From the NCBI GenBank assembly GCA_900314865.1, contig OMWW01000001.1, positions 1,457 to 65,456 on the forward strand: a stretch of 64,000 nucleotides of DNA, read 5' to 3'. The translations under genes were made by a program, and so were the position numbers. Shown in pieces: positions 1-9,572 of this stretch. Numbering within the stretch: position 1 is the first letter of the stretch; each line of letters starts with the position of its first letter. Under the pieces are notes generated by a model. The model did no database searches, had not been told where the DNA came from, and saw nothing but the letters and a program-made list of their open reading frames with translations. This stretch comes from an uncultured Erysipelotrichaceae bacterium (GTDB taxonomy: Bacteria; Bacillota_I; Bacilli_A; RFN20; CAG-826).

Positions 1-799
1 CGGCCACAACCACGATTCCTGAAATGCCAAGAATAACAGACAAGATTCTTCCAAATGTTGTAGTGACAGAGACATCACCAAAACCAATCGTTGTGATAAC
101 GGAGAAAGAATACCATAAAGAATCAACATAACTTGTGATATTTGGTTCTACTTCCGTGAAATATACAGAACATAAAACAACAAGAATCAATAAGGTAAGA
201 ATGATTTCATAGACCATTGATTTCCTAATGATCTTCGAGACGACATTAAGTTTAAGAGCTTTGTGATATGTAAATAGAATGTTCTTACTACTTGAAACAA
301 TAATCACGATTGAAAAGCAAAGAACTATGAAGTTTGAGTTACTTACAGAAGTCGCGTGCTTCGCGTAGATTGATGGGAAAAAGAATAAGAATGAGAACAA
401 GAAGCAAAACACCATGCATAAGACGTTAAAGATAATTGACTGAACGGACTTGTCTTCTCTTATTTTTAATAAGCGTGAAATGATGATTGTAACAGAATAC
501 GCGAACATGGATGAGATTAAGAAATAGATGCCATATTTCGTTAACGACACTAAGACCGCTAAAACGAAAACAAATGCAGTCATTACTATGTTTTCAATCA
601 TGTTCTCTTTGAAGTTACTAAGATGTAAACCAATACGGTTAAGACCAAGTAAAATTAAAGCGACTGATAAAGTATAGACAGAAACATAGCTATCACTTAC
701 CGATAGGCCAATAGTGGCAAAACAAAAACCAATCGCCAAGATACCACATATGAATCCAGCGATATAAAACGGATTTTTCTTAGAAGCGTCTTCTTTCAT
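1..799 (-). CDS. Potassium channel family protein, partial (start codon at 797-799; C-terminal part lies beyond the window edge)
   Basis: Own translation of the minus strand gives several TM helices followed by a pore helix and the K+ selectivity-filter motif TTIGFGD (TxGYGD class). Not in the ORF track because it runs off the window. Confidence 0.7.
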   Translation of the reverse strand, partial: MKEDASKKNPFYIAGFICGILAIGFCFATIGLSVSDSYVSVYTLSVALILLGLNRIGLHLSNFKENMIENIVMTAFVFVLAVLVSLTKYGIYFLISSMFAYSVTIIISRLLKIREDKSVQSIIFNVLCMVFCFLFSFLFFFPSIYAKHATSVSNSNFIVLCFSIVIIVSSSKNILFTYHKALKLNVVSKIIRKSMVYEIILTLLILVVLCSVYFTEVEPNITSYVDSLWYSFSVITTIGFGDVSVTTTFGRILSVILGISGIVVVA

Positions 800-858
800 A
801 TTCTATTGCTACTATTATAACAAAATAAAAGCACCTATAAATATAAGTGCTAATAATT

Positions 859-1782
859 TCAATTATTTTTTGATTTTAAGAAGACTTCTATCTCTTCTAG
901 TGAAGGGGCAACATCAATCGCGCCCTTCTTTGAAGTAGCGATACCACCGACAACATTCGCTCTTTTAAGCGCGCTATATATATCTTCTTTATTTGATAAA
1001 TCTAATCCTTTATCTAATGAATATAAGAAATAGGAATAGAAGGCATCTCCTGCTCCAGTTGTGTCCATAGGTTTAAGAGGATAAGTAGGAACTTTGATAA
1101 ATAAATCCTTGCTATAGAAGATTGATCCTTCTTTTCCTAAGGTCACCACTGCAACTTGTTTATCATTTAAGAGGCTTTTTAAGCCTTTTAAGATGTCTTT
1201 CTCTCCAGTTAATAATTCTAACTCTTCTTCGGTGAATTTGAGGATATCAGCCTCTTTAATAGCAGAAATAAAGATTTCTTTTGCTTTCTCTTCGCTTTCA
1301 AAGATATCGTCACGGTAGTTGACATCAAAAGAGACCTTCGCATTAGTGTTTCTCTTTACAAATTCAACCGCATTAAAGAAGAATTCTTTTCCTTCTTCAT
1401 AGGAAAGCATTAAAGAACCAATATGGACAATCTTGATATCTTTATAATCAAGTTCTTTGACTTGCTCCAAGTCCAAGAGATAGTCTGATCCATTTGAACG
1501 ATTAAACTTGAACGATCTTTCCCCATTATGTAAAGAGACAATCGCTTGTGATGTTTCTCTATCATCAAGCACTTTGATATAAGAATTGGTGACTCTCTTT
1601 TTAGCGAATTCCACTAGGAAAGCACCATAGTTGTCATTTCCAACTGAACCGATAAAAGATATGTCACCTTTAAAATGTGCAATGTTTGCAGCGATGTTGA
1701 AAGGCGCGCCACCAGCGAACACTTGTTCTTCTTGTTCGCTCTTAAAAATATCGACAAGGATTTCTCCAATAGATAAGACCAT
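859..1782 (-). CDS. scrK: PfkB-family carbohydrate kinase, probable fructokinase
   Basis: N-terminal GGAPFN(I)A box and C-terminal DTTGAGDAF motif typical of PfkB/ribokinase-family fructokinases; sits next to GH32 genes. Confidence 0.8.
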   Translation of the reverse strand: MVLSIGEILVDIFKSEQEEQVFAGGAPFNIAANIAHFKGDISFIGSVGNDNYGAFLVEFAKKRVTNSYIKVLDDRETSQAIVSLHNGERSFKFNRSNGSDYLLDLEQVKELDYKDIKIVHIGSLMLSYEEGKEFFFNAVEFVKRNTNAKVSFDVNYRDDIFESEEKAKEIFISAIKEADILKFTEEELELLTGEKDILKGLKSLLNDKQVAVVTLGKEGSIFYSKDLFIKVPTYPLKPMDTTGAGDAFYSYFLYSLDKGLDLSNKEDIYSALKRANVVGGIATSKKGAIDVAPSLEEIEVFLKSKNN

Positions 1783-1794
1783 ATATTTAATCTC

Positions 1795-3651
1795 TTATTT
1801 TCTATTTGCTTTACGTCTATTTTTAACGATAATCATTGAGCCTAAGCCAATAACAATTGCGGTTACAAAGATAATCATGATGATTGTGAAACGAGTAGAG
1901 GTTTCACTACTAAATCCTAATAAGGAACGAACATTAGGTTCAGTATAACCAAACTTGTTATCAATATATTGGATAACTTGTCCAACAGTGTATTCTTGAT
2001 TCATTCTCTTTTCATACCAGTTACCAGTTCTATCAAGACCACGGTCGTAATCTAAAGATAAATCAACAATCGCTAAAGCGTCATTGCTTAAACCTTTATA
2101 TTGAGAAAGTAATTCGTTTTTTATTTCACTAGAAACATTACAGAAAGAATAGAAGCTTTCAGAAGTACGGAAGTTATTAAAGTAGTAATTTAAGAAATCG
2201 TAAGCCTCTTTTTGCGCGCTTGTGTCTTCAGCAGGAAGTACTTCGTTACTTGCCGAGTTATATTTGATTCCGTTTTGATCATTTTCAATATGAGCGGAGT
2301 TGACATAAATATCACGATAAACGGCATAGGTTGTACCAGCTTCGTTACCACTATTTTGTTCAACTTCTTCAACACCATAAAAGTATGGTGAATCGTAGTT
2401 AACCACCAAGTCATCAAAATAGGCAGATTCCCAACTCCAATCGGCATTTGCTTCATCATGGATATCCGCGATAGCGAGTTGAATGGTCTTACCAACATAT
2501 TGTTCTAAGTTGATGACATGTTTCACCATTGTTACTGTATTGAAGCCAGTAGCAACAATATTCATGTCACCTTCAAAATTAGTGCATCTATTGTCAATCC
2601 AGGCTAAGTCTTTACGGGTTTCTGGATCAATAACGTGTAAGGCTGCACCTTTTCCTGCCATTTTGATACTGATTAAGCCATTACCAGAAAGGACAAACGG
2701 GCGAGAAACAAAACGGTAAACCGCTCTATCGTTAGCGACATAGCCACTTCCATCTTGATGCCATCCTTTGAAGAAACCATTACCAGTTTTGTTATATGGC
2801 ATGTTGGTGTTATCATCAGGACGATATTCAGAATCAGAAATCACATTATCAACGTGTCTTTCTGTGTCGTTGTTATTGTCATAGCTGTGATCGAGGTACC
2901 AATGGTCTAAGAAGCTATCATTGCTTTCAAAACCATCACTAATATCTTCTACAGGAGATAAGAATACGTCTCTAAGATAAGCGTTAGTGTAATAATGTCC
3001 TAAGATGTTTTTATATAAATCACCATATTCCCTGTGATTTAAATCTAGGTGATTGAGATAGTATCTCATTGCATTCGCGCAGTCTTCTTTTGTCTGATTG
3101 ATATGTAAATAGCCAAAGTTATTGAATGCATAGTCACTACTAGAGTGGTCATGCAAGATAACTTTCATTTTGAAACTCTTGCCGTCAAAGGTTTCAAATT
3201 GTTCATCAGGTATTTTGAAATGATGGAGCATCATTGTGTTGCCAACGAAAGTGTCATTCTTTAATGTTGCGTGAAAATCTCCATACACAAATTCGATGTT
3301 AACAAAGTCAGAATTATTTTGAGCAGACCAAGTGAAATAAACATATTGTTTGACTTGATCCCATTCGTTAGAGACCAAGTCTCCTTCCCATCCTTCATTG
3401 GATTCACCTCTAAAGAACGAACCCATAGAATTGAATGAGTGGGTATTGTCCCAATATTTAGCATCTTTTCCTTCAAATGATCCAGGATTTTGGCTTTGAT
3501 CGTAGTCATAGAAGAAAAATGGATTAATAGTGAGTTCACTGTGTGGGGTTGCTTCTACTTTAGCAATACTTTCTTTTTTGCCGCTATTTAAAAGAGCAGG
3601 TAACGCGATAGCGGTAGCAAACAAAGGGATTAATAACACTGACTTTTTCAT
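1795..3651 (-). CDS. Secreted surface protein with C-terminal TM anchor; paralogue of 3727-5652; function unknown (possibly glycan-binding)
   Basis: Signal peptide MKKSVLLIPLFATAIALPALL, C-terminal hydrophobic helix followed by KNRRKANRK, shared motifs with the neighbouring paralogue (MPYNKTGNGF.., LSGNGLISIKMAGKG). Confidence 0.45.
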   Translation of the reverse strand: MKKSVLLIPLFATAIALPALLNSGKKESIAKVEATPHSELTINPFFFYDYDQSQNPGSFEGKDAKYWDNTHSFNSMGSFFRGESNEGWEGDLVSNEWDQVKQYVYFTWSAQNNSDFVNIEFVYGDFHATLKNDTFVGNTMMLHHFKIPDEQFETFDGKSFKMKVILHDHSSSDYAFNNFGYLHINQTKEDCANAMRYYLNHLDLNHREYGDLYKNILGHYYTNAYLRDVFLSPVEDISDGFESNDSFLDHWYLDHSYDNNNDTERHVDNVISDSEYRPDDNTNMPYNKTGNGFFKGWHQDGSGYVANDRAVYRFVSRPFVLSGNGLISIKMAGKGAALHVIDPETRKDLAWIDNRCTNFEGDMNIVATGFNTVTMVKHVINLEQYVGKTIQLAIADIHDEANADWSWESAYFDDLVVNYDSPYFYGVEEVEQNSGNEAGTTYAVYRDIYVNSAHIENDQNGIKYNSASNEVLPAEDTSAQKEAYDFLNYYFNNFRTSESFYSFCNVSSEIKNELLSQYKGLSNDALAIVDLSLDYDRGLDRTGNWYEKRMNQEYTVGQVIQYIDNKFGYTEPNVRSLLGFSSETSTRFTIIMIIFVTAIVIGLGSMIIVKNRRKANRK

Positions 3652-3726
3652 AACAATGCCTCCAAGTAATAAAGGTTTATTTATGTAAAAATTAAAAGGT
3701 TGAGAGTCAACTCAACCGATTAAATA

Positions 3727-5652
3727 TTATTTATGTAATTTTTTGCGGCGATAAACTGCAACCACAAACACACAAGATACTACTGCAATAGCGGAGATAA
3801 CGATAATCATTGTAATGTTGCTATCACTGTTAATTGAATCAAGTAATCTGAATGAATTTGAAGTAGAAGCGCTGAATTGGCTTAAGTAAGCAACGTTTTG
3901 ACCAACGGTACCAACATAGTTATTACCTTCACCTTCACCAGTAATTGTGGATTTTGTTTCATACCAATTGCCTTCTGTAATGTGGTTATAGTCAACAGAC
4001 GCATTAACTACTGCAAGCGCATTAGCAGATAATTCAGAATATCTTGTATATAAAGCTTTCATTGCGTTACTATTTGCGACTGAACATGCATTTGTGTCAC
4101 CACTTCTAGCGGTTTCTAAATAGTCATGCACAAAATTAAATGCAACACCAAAATCTGTTTCATCACTACCAACATAGAAGTTTGGAACTTCACAGTAGTA
4201 AGTAGGATTCTCGCCATATTGTTGTTCAACACGATCAATTGGTAATCCTGGTAATGTGTCATATCTTGTGATTAATTCATCAAAATAGGATAAGCCCCAG
4301 TCACCACCAACACGGTAATCAGAAAGAGCAATTCTAACTTGATAACCAACGGTGCTATATAAGTAAGCAGACCAATCAATATAAGTTCTGGCCATTGTAT
4401 TACATCTGCAGCCACTTGTAGCAATATTGCTAACACCACCAGATGGATCGTTAAATCCCGGGTTATCAACGTGTGCTAATTCTGCTAATGTATCAGCTCT
4501 TAAAAGACTAATTCTTGTGGATTTTCCACCCATCTTGACAGAGACAAGACCTGTGCCACTTAATTTGAACGCGCTAGAAACGATTTTGTATCTGCAATCT
4601 TCGGCAACACCACTAGTGTCACCATTAAGGAACATATTGCCAGTTTTGTTCATAGGCATTCTTTCAGTGAAGTTTGCCTTAACGTCAGCACTCGAATAAA
4701 TGTTGCTGTAATCAATTGAAATTAAATCAACATCATTGCCAGCACGAGATTCGTTTTGATCATATGCCCAATCAGCAAGACGATAATTTGTTTCAAAGCC
4801 TGTATCAGCATCAGCTAATTCAACTTCTTTTGCTCTAACGGCATCATAGTAGCTATCAGCATATATAGTATTAATAACATATTCGTTAGCGTTTCTATTC
4901 CAATCAGAAGTGAATTCGTTTAATTTCATTTGAGCTTTATGAGCGGAGAAGTGTCTAGCGACATCTTCTAATTTTTGATTAACAAATAAACTACCAAAAG
5001 TGAATCCACCAAAGCTTGATGTTTTTTCATCTTTAACATAGACAGCGTATGTATCGTTTAATTTTAGTTCTTCTGGTAATTCAAGATAGAAGAACACCAT
5101 GTTACATGTAACAGGGGCATTAAATTTAGCATCCTTATCATCAAATGTTCCACTTCCATCAAATTTAGGACGTAAATCTACGACAACATCTTTATTTAAT
5201 GATGGTGACCAAATATTGATAAAAATCTTTCCTTTTCCAGCTTCTTCAGCTCCACCACCAAACAAGAACGAAATGTACCTACGACTATTATCAGTCACTG
5301 TTTGAGTTGGGCTTTGAATAGCACCAGTCCAGCCTTCTCCACCAGCCTTATGAATGGTGTCAGCAAAAGAATCCATGCCATTAAATGTTCTTTCTTGGCT
5401 ATCCCAGTTATTTGGATCAGGATTGCCCCACCAGAATCTTTCGTTTCTGCCTCTTAACAAATCACCGATGTTTTTTCCTTCAGAAGCATGAAGAACACTA
5501 AAAGTATCAGTAGGAACGTATCTTTCTTCTGTATCAGCAGCAGTTGTTGCTTTTACTTCACTAACAGCTTGCTTTTTAGTTGCCAAAGCACCACCTAAGC
5601 AAGCAGCACCAAGAAAAGCAGCGATGCTTAAAGAAAATAGTAATTTTTTCAT
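3727..5652 (-). CDS. Secreted surface protein with C-terminal TM anchor; paralogue of 1795-3651
   Basis: Real start probably ATG at 5652 (MKKLLFSLSIAAFLGAAC..) with a GGAGG RBS; the track ORF begins at an upstream TTG. C-terminal TM helix followed by YRRKKLHK; motif FKLSGTGLVSVKMGGKS resembles the SxKxGG motif of the CBM-like repeats in 7055-9568. Confidence 0.45.
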   Translation of the reverse strand: MKKLLFSLSIAAFLGAACLGGALATKKQAVSEVKATTAADTEERYVPTDTFSVLHASEGKNIGDLLRGRNERFWWGNPDPNNWDSQERTFNGMDSFADTIHKAGGEGWTGAIQSPTQTVTDNSRRYISFLFGGGAEEAGKGKIFINIWSPSLNKDVVVDLRPKFDGSGTFDDKDAKFNAPVTCNMVFFYLELPEELKLNDTYAVYVKDEKTSSFGGFTFGSLFVNQKLEDVARHFSAHKAQMKLNEFTSDWNRNANEYVINTIYADSYYDAVRAKEVELADADTGFETNYRLADWAYDQNESRAGNDVDLISIDYSNIYSSADVKANFTERMPMNKTGNMFLNGDTSGVAEDCRYKIVSSAFKLSGTGLVSVKMGGKSTRISLLRADTLAELAHVDNPGFNDPSGGVSNIATSGCRCNTMARTYIDWSAYLYSTVGYQVRIALSDYRVGGDWGLSYFDELITRYDTLPGLPIDRVEQQYGENPTYYCEVPNFYVGSDETDFGVAFNFVHDYLETARSGDTNACSVANSNAMKALYTRYSELSANALAVVNASVDYNHITEGNWYETKSTITGEGEGNNYVGTVGQNVAYLSQFSASTSNSFRLLDSINSDSNITMIIVISAIAVVSCVFVVAVYRRKKLHK

Positions 5653-5668
5653 GTGTGTAACCTCCAAA

Positions 5669-5684
5669 TTGGAAACGTTTCCAA
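5669..5684. promoter_or_regulatory. Perfect 16-bp palindrome TTGGAAACGTTTCCAA; LacI/CcpA-type operator candidate
   Basis: Seen directly; lies 17 bp upstream of the start of the 3727-5652 gene, just beyond its RBS. The same core TGGAAACGTTTCCA recurs at 21396-21409. Confidence 0.6.
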
Positions 5685-5730
5685 TGTCAAGTTGCGTTTA
5701 TTATATCATGCGCATACATATGATGTAAAA

Positions 5731-7065
5731 CTAAAATTTAAATCTCGTCATCAAATTTAAATTTGATTGGATCTTAAGTTGTAGTAAATCTTCATCTTCA
5801 TTTGGGTAAATCAAAGATGTCATACTTACTCCATCAACAAAGAGTTCAACCGAAAATTTATCTAAAACAACATACAAAGTATGTTTTTCTAGCTTTTTAA
5901 GAGGCATTCTTCTAATTCCTTTAACGGAATCTGAATCTTTTTCTTTGCCAGCAATTTCGTCTCCTGAACGACTACGATTAAAGACCCATTCATCTTCAAA
6001 TAAAACGAAAGAAGTTTCGTGTTTATCTCCTTTTCTTAATTTTAAAGAGAACGATTTCAATCCTTCAATTTCGAGTCTATAGAAACCTGTCACCACGTGA
6101 TCCGTGAGGTTTGTGACGTTCTTGAGTTCGTATAAAACATTCTGAGGCATCACTGGAGTTTGAAGGAGTTCATTATTCACCACTTCTACTTTTCTAGGGA
6201 TGGTCATACTACCAGTAAAACCATATTTCTTACTTGGATTATTTCTATCCCACATATTCATCCAGGCAATGAGAATACCTTTATCCATAAAGAATTGAGG
6301 CGCATAGAAATCAAAGCCATAGTCAATCATGCCTTTTTTAAAGGACATGAACTTCTTATCTACAAACTCTCCAACCTCATAAATATTCGTATGTAAATTG
6401 TGATGTAAATAGCCTTCCACTGGTTGGAACTGTTCACAATATGTTAAAAGATTTAAATCTTTAATATAATCTGGGCATTCAATCATCGTGCCTTTGCTAT
6501 CTTCTTTTAAAATCGCAGTGACAAATTCCCAGTGTAATAAATCAAAGGATTCATATCTTAAGATGTTACCTCTTCCGTTTATTCTGCGAGCCGCCACTAG
6601 CATCACATATCGATCATTTTCAACAAAAACACATGGATCTCTAAAGTCATTTGGAGCAAATTCTTTTGGTAGTTTGTCTTCTCCAATTACGAGTCCCCCT
6701 TTAGTGAAATGGATTCCATCATCACTATAGGCAATGCATTGTTGTTGTCTAATCTTTTCTGGATCTTCATTATTAATGAAACCAGTATAGAAGATATATA
6801 GACGATCATTTACCACGATTGAAGAGCCAGAAAAACAACCATCCTTGTCAAACGAGTTTCCTGGAGTCAACGCAAAAGGAAGATGTTCCCAATGTAAAAG
6901 ATCTTTACTTACTTGGTGTCCCCAATGCATTGGTCCCCAATCTAAGCCAAATGGATGATGCTGGTAAAAAACGTGATAAAAGCCCTTATAGAAGATTAGT
7001 CCATTTGGGTCATTTATCCAGTTCTTGTCAGCGGTTAAATGATACAAAGGCCTATTATTCGACAT
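5731..7065 (-). CDS. GH32 beta-fructofuranosidase, cytoplasmic (sucrose-6-phosphate hydrolase / fructo-oligosaccharide hydrolase)
   Basis: No signal peptide; GH32 sequence blocks NDPNG, FYQHHP, RDP and EC; 444 aa. Confidence 0.85.
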   Translation of the reverse strand: MSNNRPLYHLTADKNWINDPNGLIFYKGFYHVFYQHHPFGLDWGPMHWGHQVSKDLLHWEHLPFALTPGNSFDKDGCFSGSSIVVNDRLYIFYTGFINNEDPEKIRQQQCIAYSDDGIHFTKGGLVIGEDKLPKEFAPNDFRDPCVFVENDRYVMLVAARRINGRGNILRYESFDLLHWEFVTAILKEDSKGTMIECPDYIKDLNLLTYCEQFQPVEGYLHHNLHTNIYEVGEFVDKKFMSFKKGMIDYGFDFYAPQFFMDKGILIAWMNMWDRNNPSKKYGFTGSMTIPRKVEVVNNELLQTPVMPQNVLYELKNVTNLTDHVVTGFYRLEIEGLKSFSLKLRKGDKHETSFVLFEDEWVFNRSRSGDEIAGKEKDSDSVKGIRRMPLKKLEKHTLYVVLDKFSVELFVDGVSMTSLIYPNEDEDLLQLKIQSNLNLMTRFKF

Positions 7066-9568
7066 CTTCTATTTCTTCTTCTGGATCCTTAAATATATCA
7101 AATCCTTCTGGGAGATCTTTTGCGTCTTCGTAGTAAGTGACAAAGTCATCAGCGAAGAATAATCCCCAGTTACCTGCGTGAGCGTGATCCACTAAGCGGA
7201 TTTTCACTTTACGTCCTGCAAATTCGCTTAAATCTGCAGTGTATTGCACCATGTTAGCCATATAAACACCCATGCTACCCAAGAGGATAGGTGCACCACT
7301 ATAGTAGTATTTATAGGACATGTAATCGTTAAATTTGCGGTTACCAAACACTAGTAGTTCTTCTTCGGTTTCACTATCGATAAGAGCGACATAACATTCA
7401 TCCATGTTCTTACCGCCACCGAGTTTGAAGGAAATCATGTTGATGCCACCAACGGTGAATTCGCTACTAGTTAAAGTACCCATATCATCTTCGTTGCCTT
7501 TGAAGCCATCGAAGAAATATAAGCCTTCTTTTTCAAAGCTATACCATTCATGCCACCAAACTTCTTCATAACCGACGTTACCGATGTTACCGTCTAAGGT
7601 CCAACCAGTTAAATCACCAGTTTCAAAGTTACCATTTCTGATTTGATATTCATCGCCCAATTCAATATCAGGAGAAAGAATATTGATCGCTTCATAGTAA
7701 TCGCTTGGTAAGGAAGCATAATTATCATAATATGTGACCACACTATCAACGGAGATTAAACCCCAATCTCTTGTGGAGTAATCTGAGAATCTGATATAGA
7801 GGTTTCTGTCCATATATGCGCTTAAATCAGCGACATATTGGACCATGTTGAGAAGGTTACTACCACGATTGATGAGTTCAGTACCAATATCGTGGAAATA
7901 ACGGTTGTAGTATCTTTCAAGTTCTTCGTTTGTCTCACTGTCATAGATAGAAACATAGCATAGTCTTGGGTCGTTTCCAGCGCCTAAAAGGAAGGAAATC
8001 TTTCCGACACCACCAACTTTGAAGGATGAAGATTGGATATAACCAGTGTTACCTTCGAATTGTTCGCCAGAGAAGAGATATGTACCTTTCTTATTGAATG
8101 GGAAGTTTTCATTCCACCATCCAGATTTATCAGTAACAACACCAATACGATCATTTTGGTCGCTCCAGCTAGTTGTCCAACCCGCTAAAGAACCTTCTTC
8201 AAATGAACCGTTTTCAATTTGATATTCGCTTGGAATAATAACGTCACTAGAGATCATGGAGTACGCCATAAAGTAGACATTATTGAAATATGTAGGAACT
8301 TCTTTCCAGTATGTTTTAATGCTATCAATAGTCATACAACCTAAATCATCAGAAGATGTGTTGTTATCAACTACTTCGATATACATTGTTTTTCCAACAT
8401 ACGCGCTTAAATCAGCGACGTATTGAACGAGGTTAAGTAATCTCATTCCGTTAGGAACAAATGGGAATTGGAAATTCCAGAATTTACGATTTGAGTATCT
8501 CGCTGCTTCAAAGACTTCATCTCCATCAACAACATAGAAGGAGATATAAGTTAAGTCGTTATTCTCACAGCCACCAAGTTTGAAGGAAACATATCCTGTT
8601 CCTCCAAGAACAAATCTCGAAGATCTCATTCTTCCAGTTGCGCTTGGTTTATAGTAACCATAATGGTAATGGCCTTCTCGTTCATAGGAAATATATTCAT
8701 TCCACCAACCGGCTTCTTTGTTAACACCTTCATTAGAGAATGCTTGTCCTTCTAAGACTTCCCATCCCGCTAAAGAGCCACATTCAAAGTCACCGTTTTT
8801 GATTTCATACATACTAGGAGCGTCTACGTCTTCTTCATATTGATGAGTTTTGACGTAATAGTCGCCTTCGGCTTGAGGTAATTCACCACCAATACGGATA
8901 TCATCAACAGAAAGATAACCGTAATAGACATCTTTGTCGTTATCAACGATACGGATATACATTTCATAACCAATATATTTCTTTAAGTTGATTTCATAGT
9001 CCACAAAGTTATCAGTGGAATAGACGTTAGCCTCATATTTTCTTAAATCGACATAATCACCAGTATGTTCGATGAAATAGTCGTTATGTTGAATAGCGAC
9101 GAGTTTATCATCATAAGCGGTATAAATACCTAAATAACATGTAGCTTGTTCGTTTTTATATTCCGCACCTACACCTTTACCTTTGGTCAAAGCACCACCG
9201 GCGAGTTTAAAGGTGATTCTTCCATTTCCACTTAAATAGAAATTTGAGGAACGGATTGCACCAGTCCTACCAGCGGAATAAGTGCCGTCAAATCCTTTTC
9301 CACTTAAATACCAATTACCTTCTTGCATGACTGGGATTTGTACGTGTTCTGCATCATATGAATAGGAGAAATAATCAACATTAGAGACAGAGTCGTCATC
9401 ATATGCATCTCCATATTCGACAGTCCAACCAGAAAGGTTAGAAGATTCAAATCCACCATTAAGAATTGAAATTGGATGAGTTTCTGTTGTCTTATTGGTT
9501 ACTTGTCCACCACAACTAGGAATTAAAAGGGTGAAAGGTAATAGAGTTAATAAAAGTTTCTTTTTCAT
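7055..9568 (-). CDS. Lipoprotein with four tandem CBM-like (CBM4/9-type) repeats, putative fructan-binding surface protein
   Basis: Probable start MKKKLLLTLLPFTLLIPSCGG (lipobox IPSC) at 9568. Four ~200-aa repeats each open with NG(G/D/S/N)FE.G.L.GW and contain GGTGY(V/I)SFKLGG plus a VQYVADLSAY block. Confidence 0.6.
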   Translation of the reverse strand: MKKKLLLTLLPFTLLIPSCGGQVTNKTTETHPISILNGGFESSNLSGWTVEYGDAYDDDSVSNVDYFSYSYDAEHVQIPVMQEGNWYLSGKGFDGTYSAGRTGAIRSSNFYLSGNGRITFKLAGGALTKGKGVGAEYKNEQATCYLGIYTAYDDKLVAIQHNDYFIEHTGDYVDLRKYEANVYSTDNFVDYEINLKKYIGYEMYIRIVDNDKDVYYGYLSVDDIRIGGELPQAEGDYYVKTHQYEEDVDAPSMYEIKNGDFECGSLAGWEVLEGQAFSNEGVNKEAGWWNEYISYEREGHYHYGYYKPSATGRMRSSRFVLGGTGYVSFKLGGCENNDLTYISFYVVDGDEVFEAARYSNRKFWNFQFPFVPNGMRLLNLVQYVADLSAYVGKTMYIEVVDNNTSSDDLGCMTIDSIKTYWKEVPTYFNNVYFMAYSMISSDVIIPSEYQIENGSFEEGSLAGWTTSWSDQNDRIGVVTDKSGWWNENFPFNKKGTYLFSGEQFEGNTGYIQSSSFKVGGVGKISFLLGAGNDPRLCYVSIYDSETNEELERYYNRYFHDIGTELINRGSNLLNMVQYVADLSAYMDRNLYIRFSDYSTRDWGLISVDSVVTYYDNYASLPSDYYEAINILSPDIELGDEYQIRNGNFETGDLTGWTLDGNIGNVGYEEVWWHEWYSFEKEGLYFFDGFKGNEDDMGTLTSSEFTVGGINMISFKLGGGKNMDECYVALIDSETEEELLVFGNRKFNDYMSYKYYYSGAPILLGSMGVYMANMVQYTADLSEFAGRKVKIRLVDHAHAGNWGLFFADDFVTYYEDAKDLPEGFDIFKDPEEEIEDVE

Positions 9569-9572
9569 AATC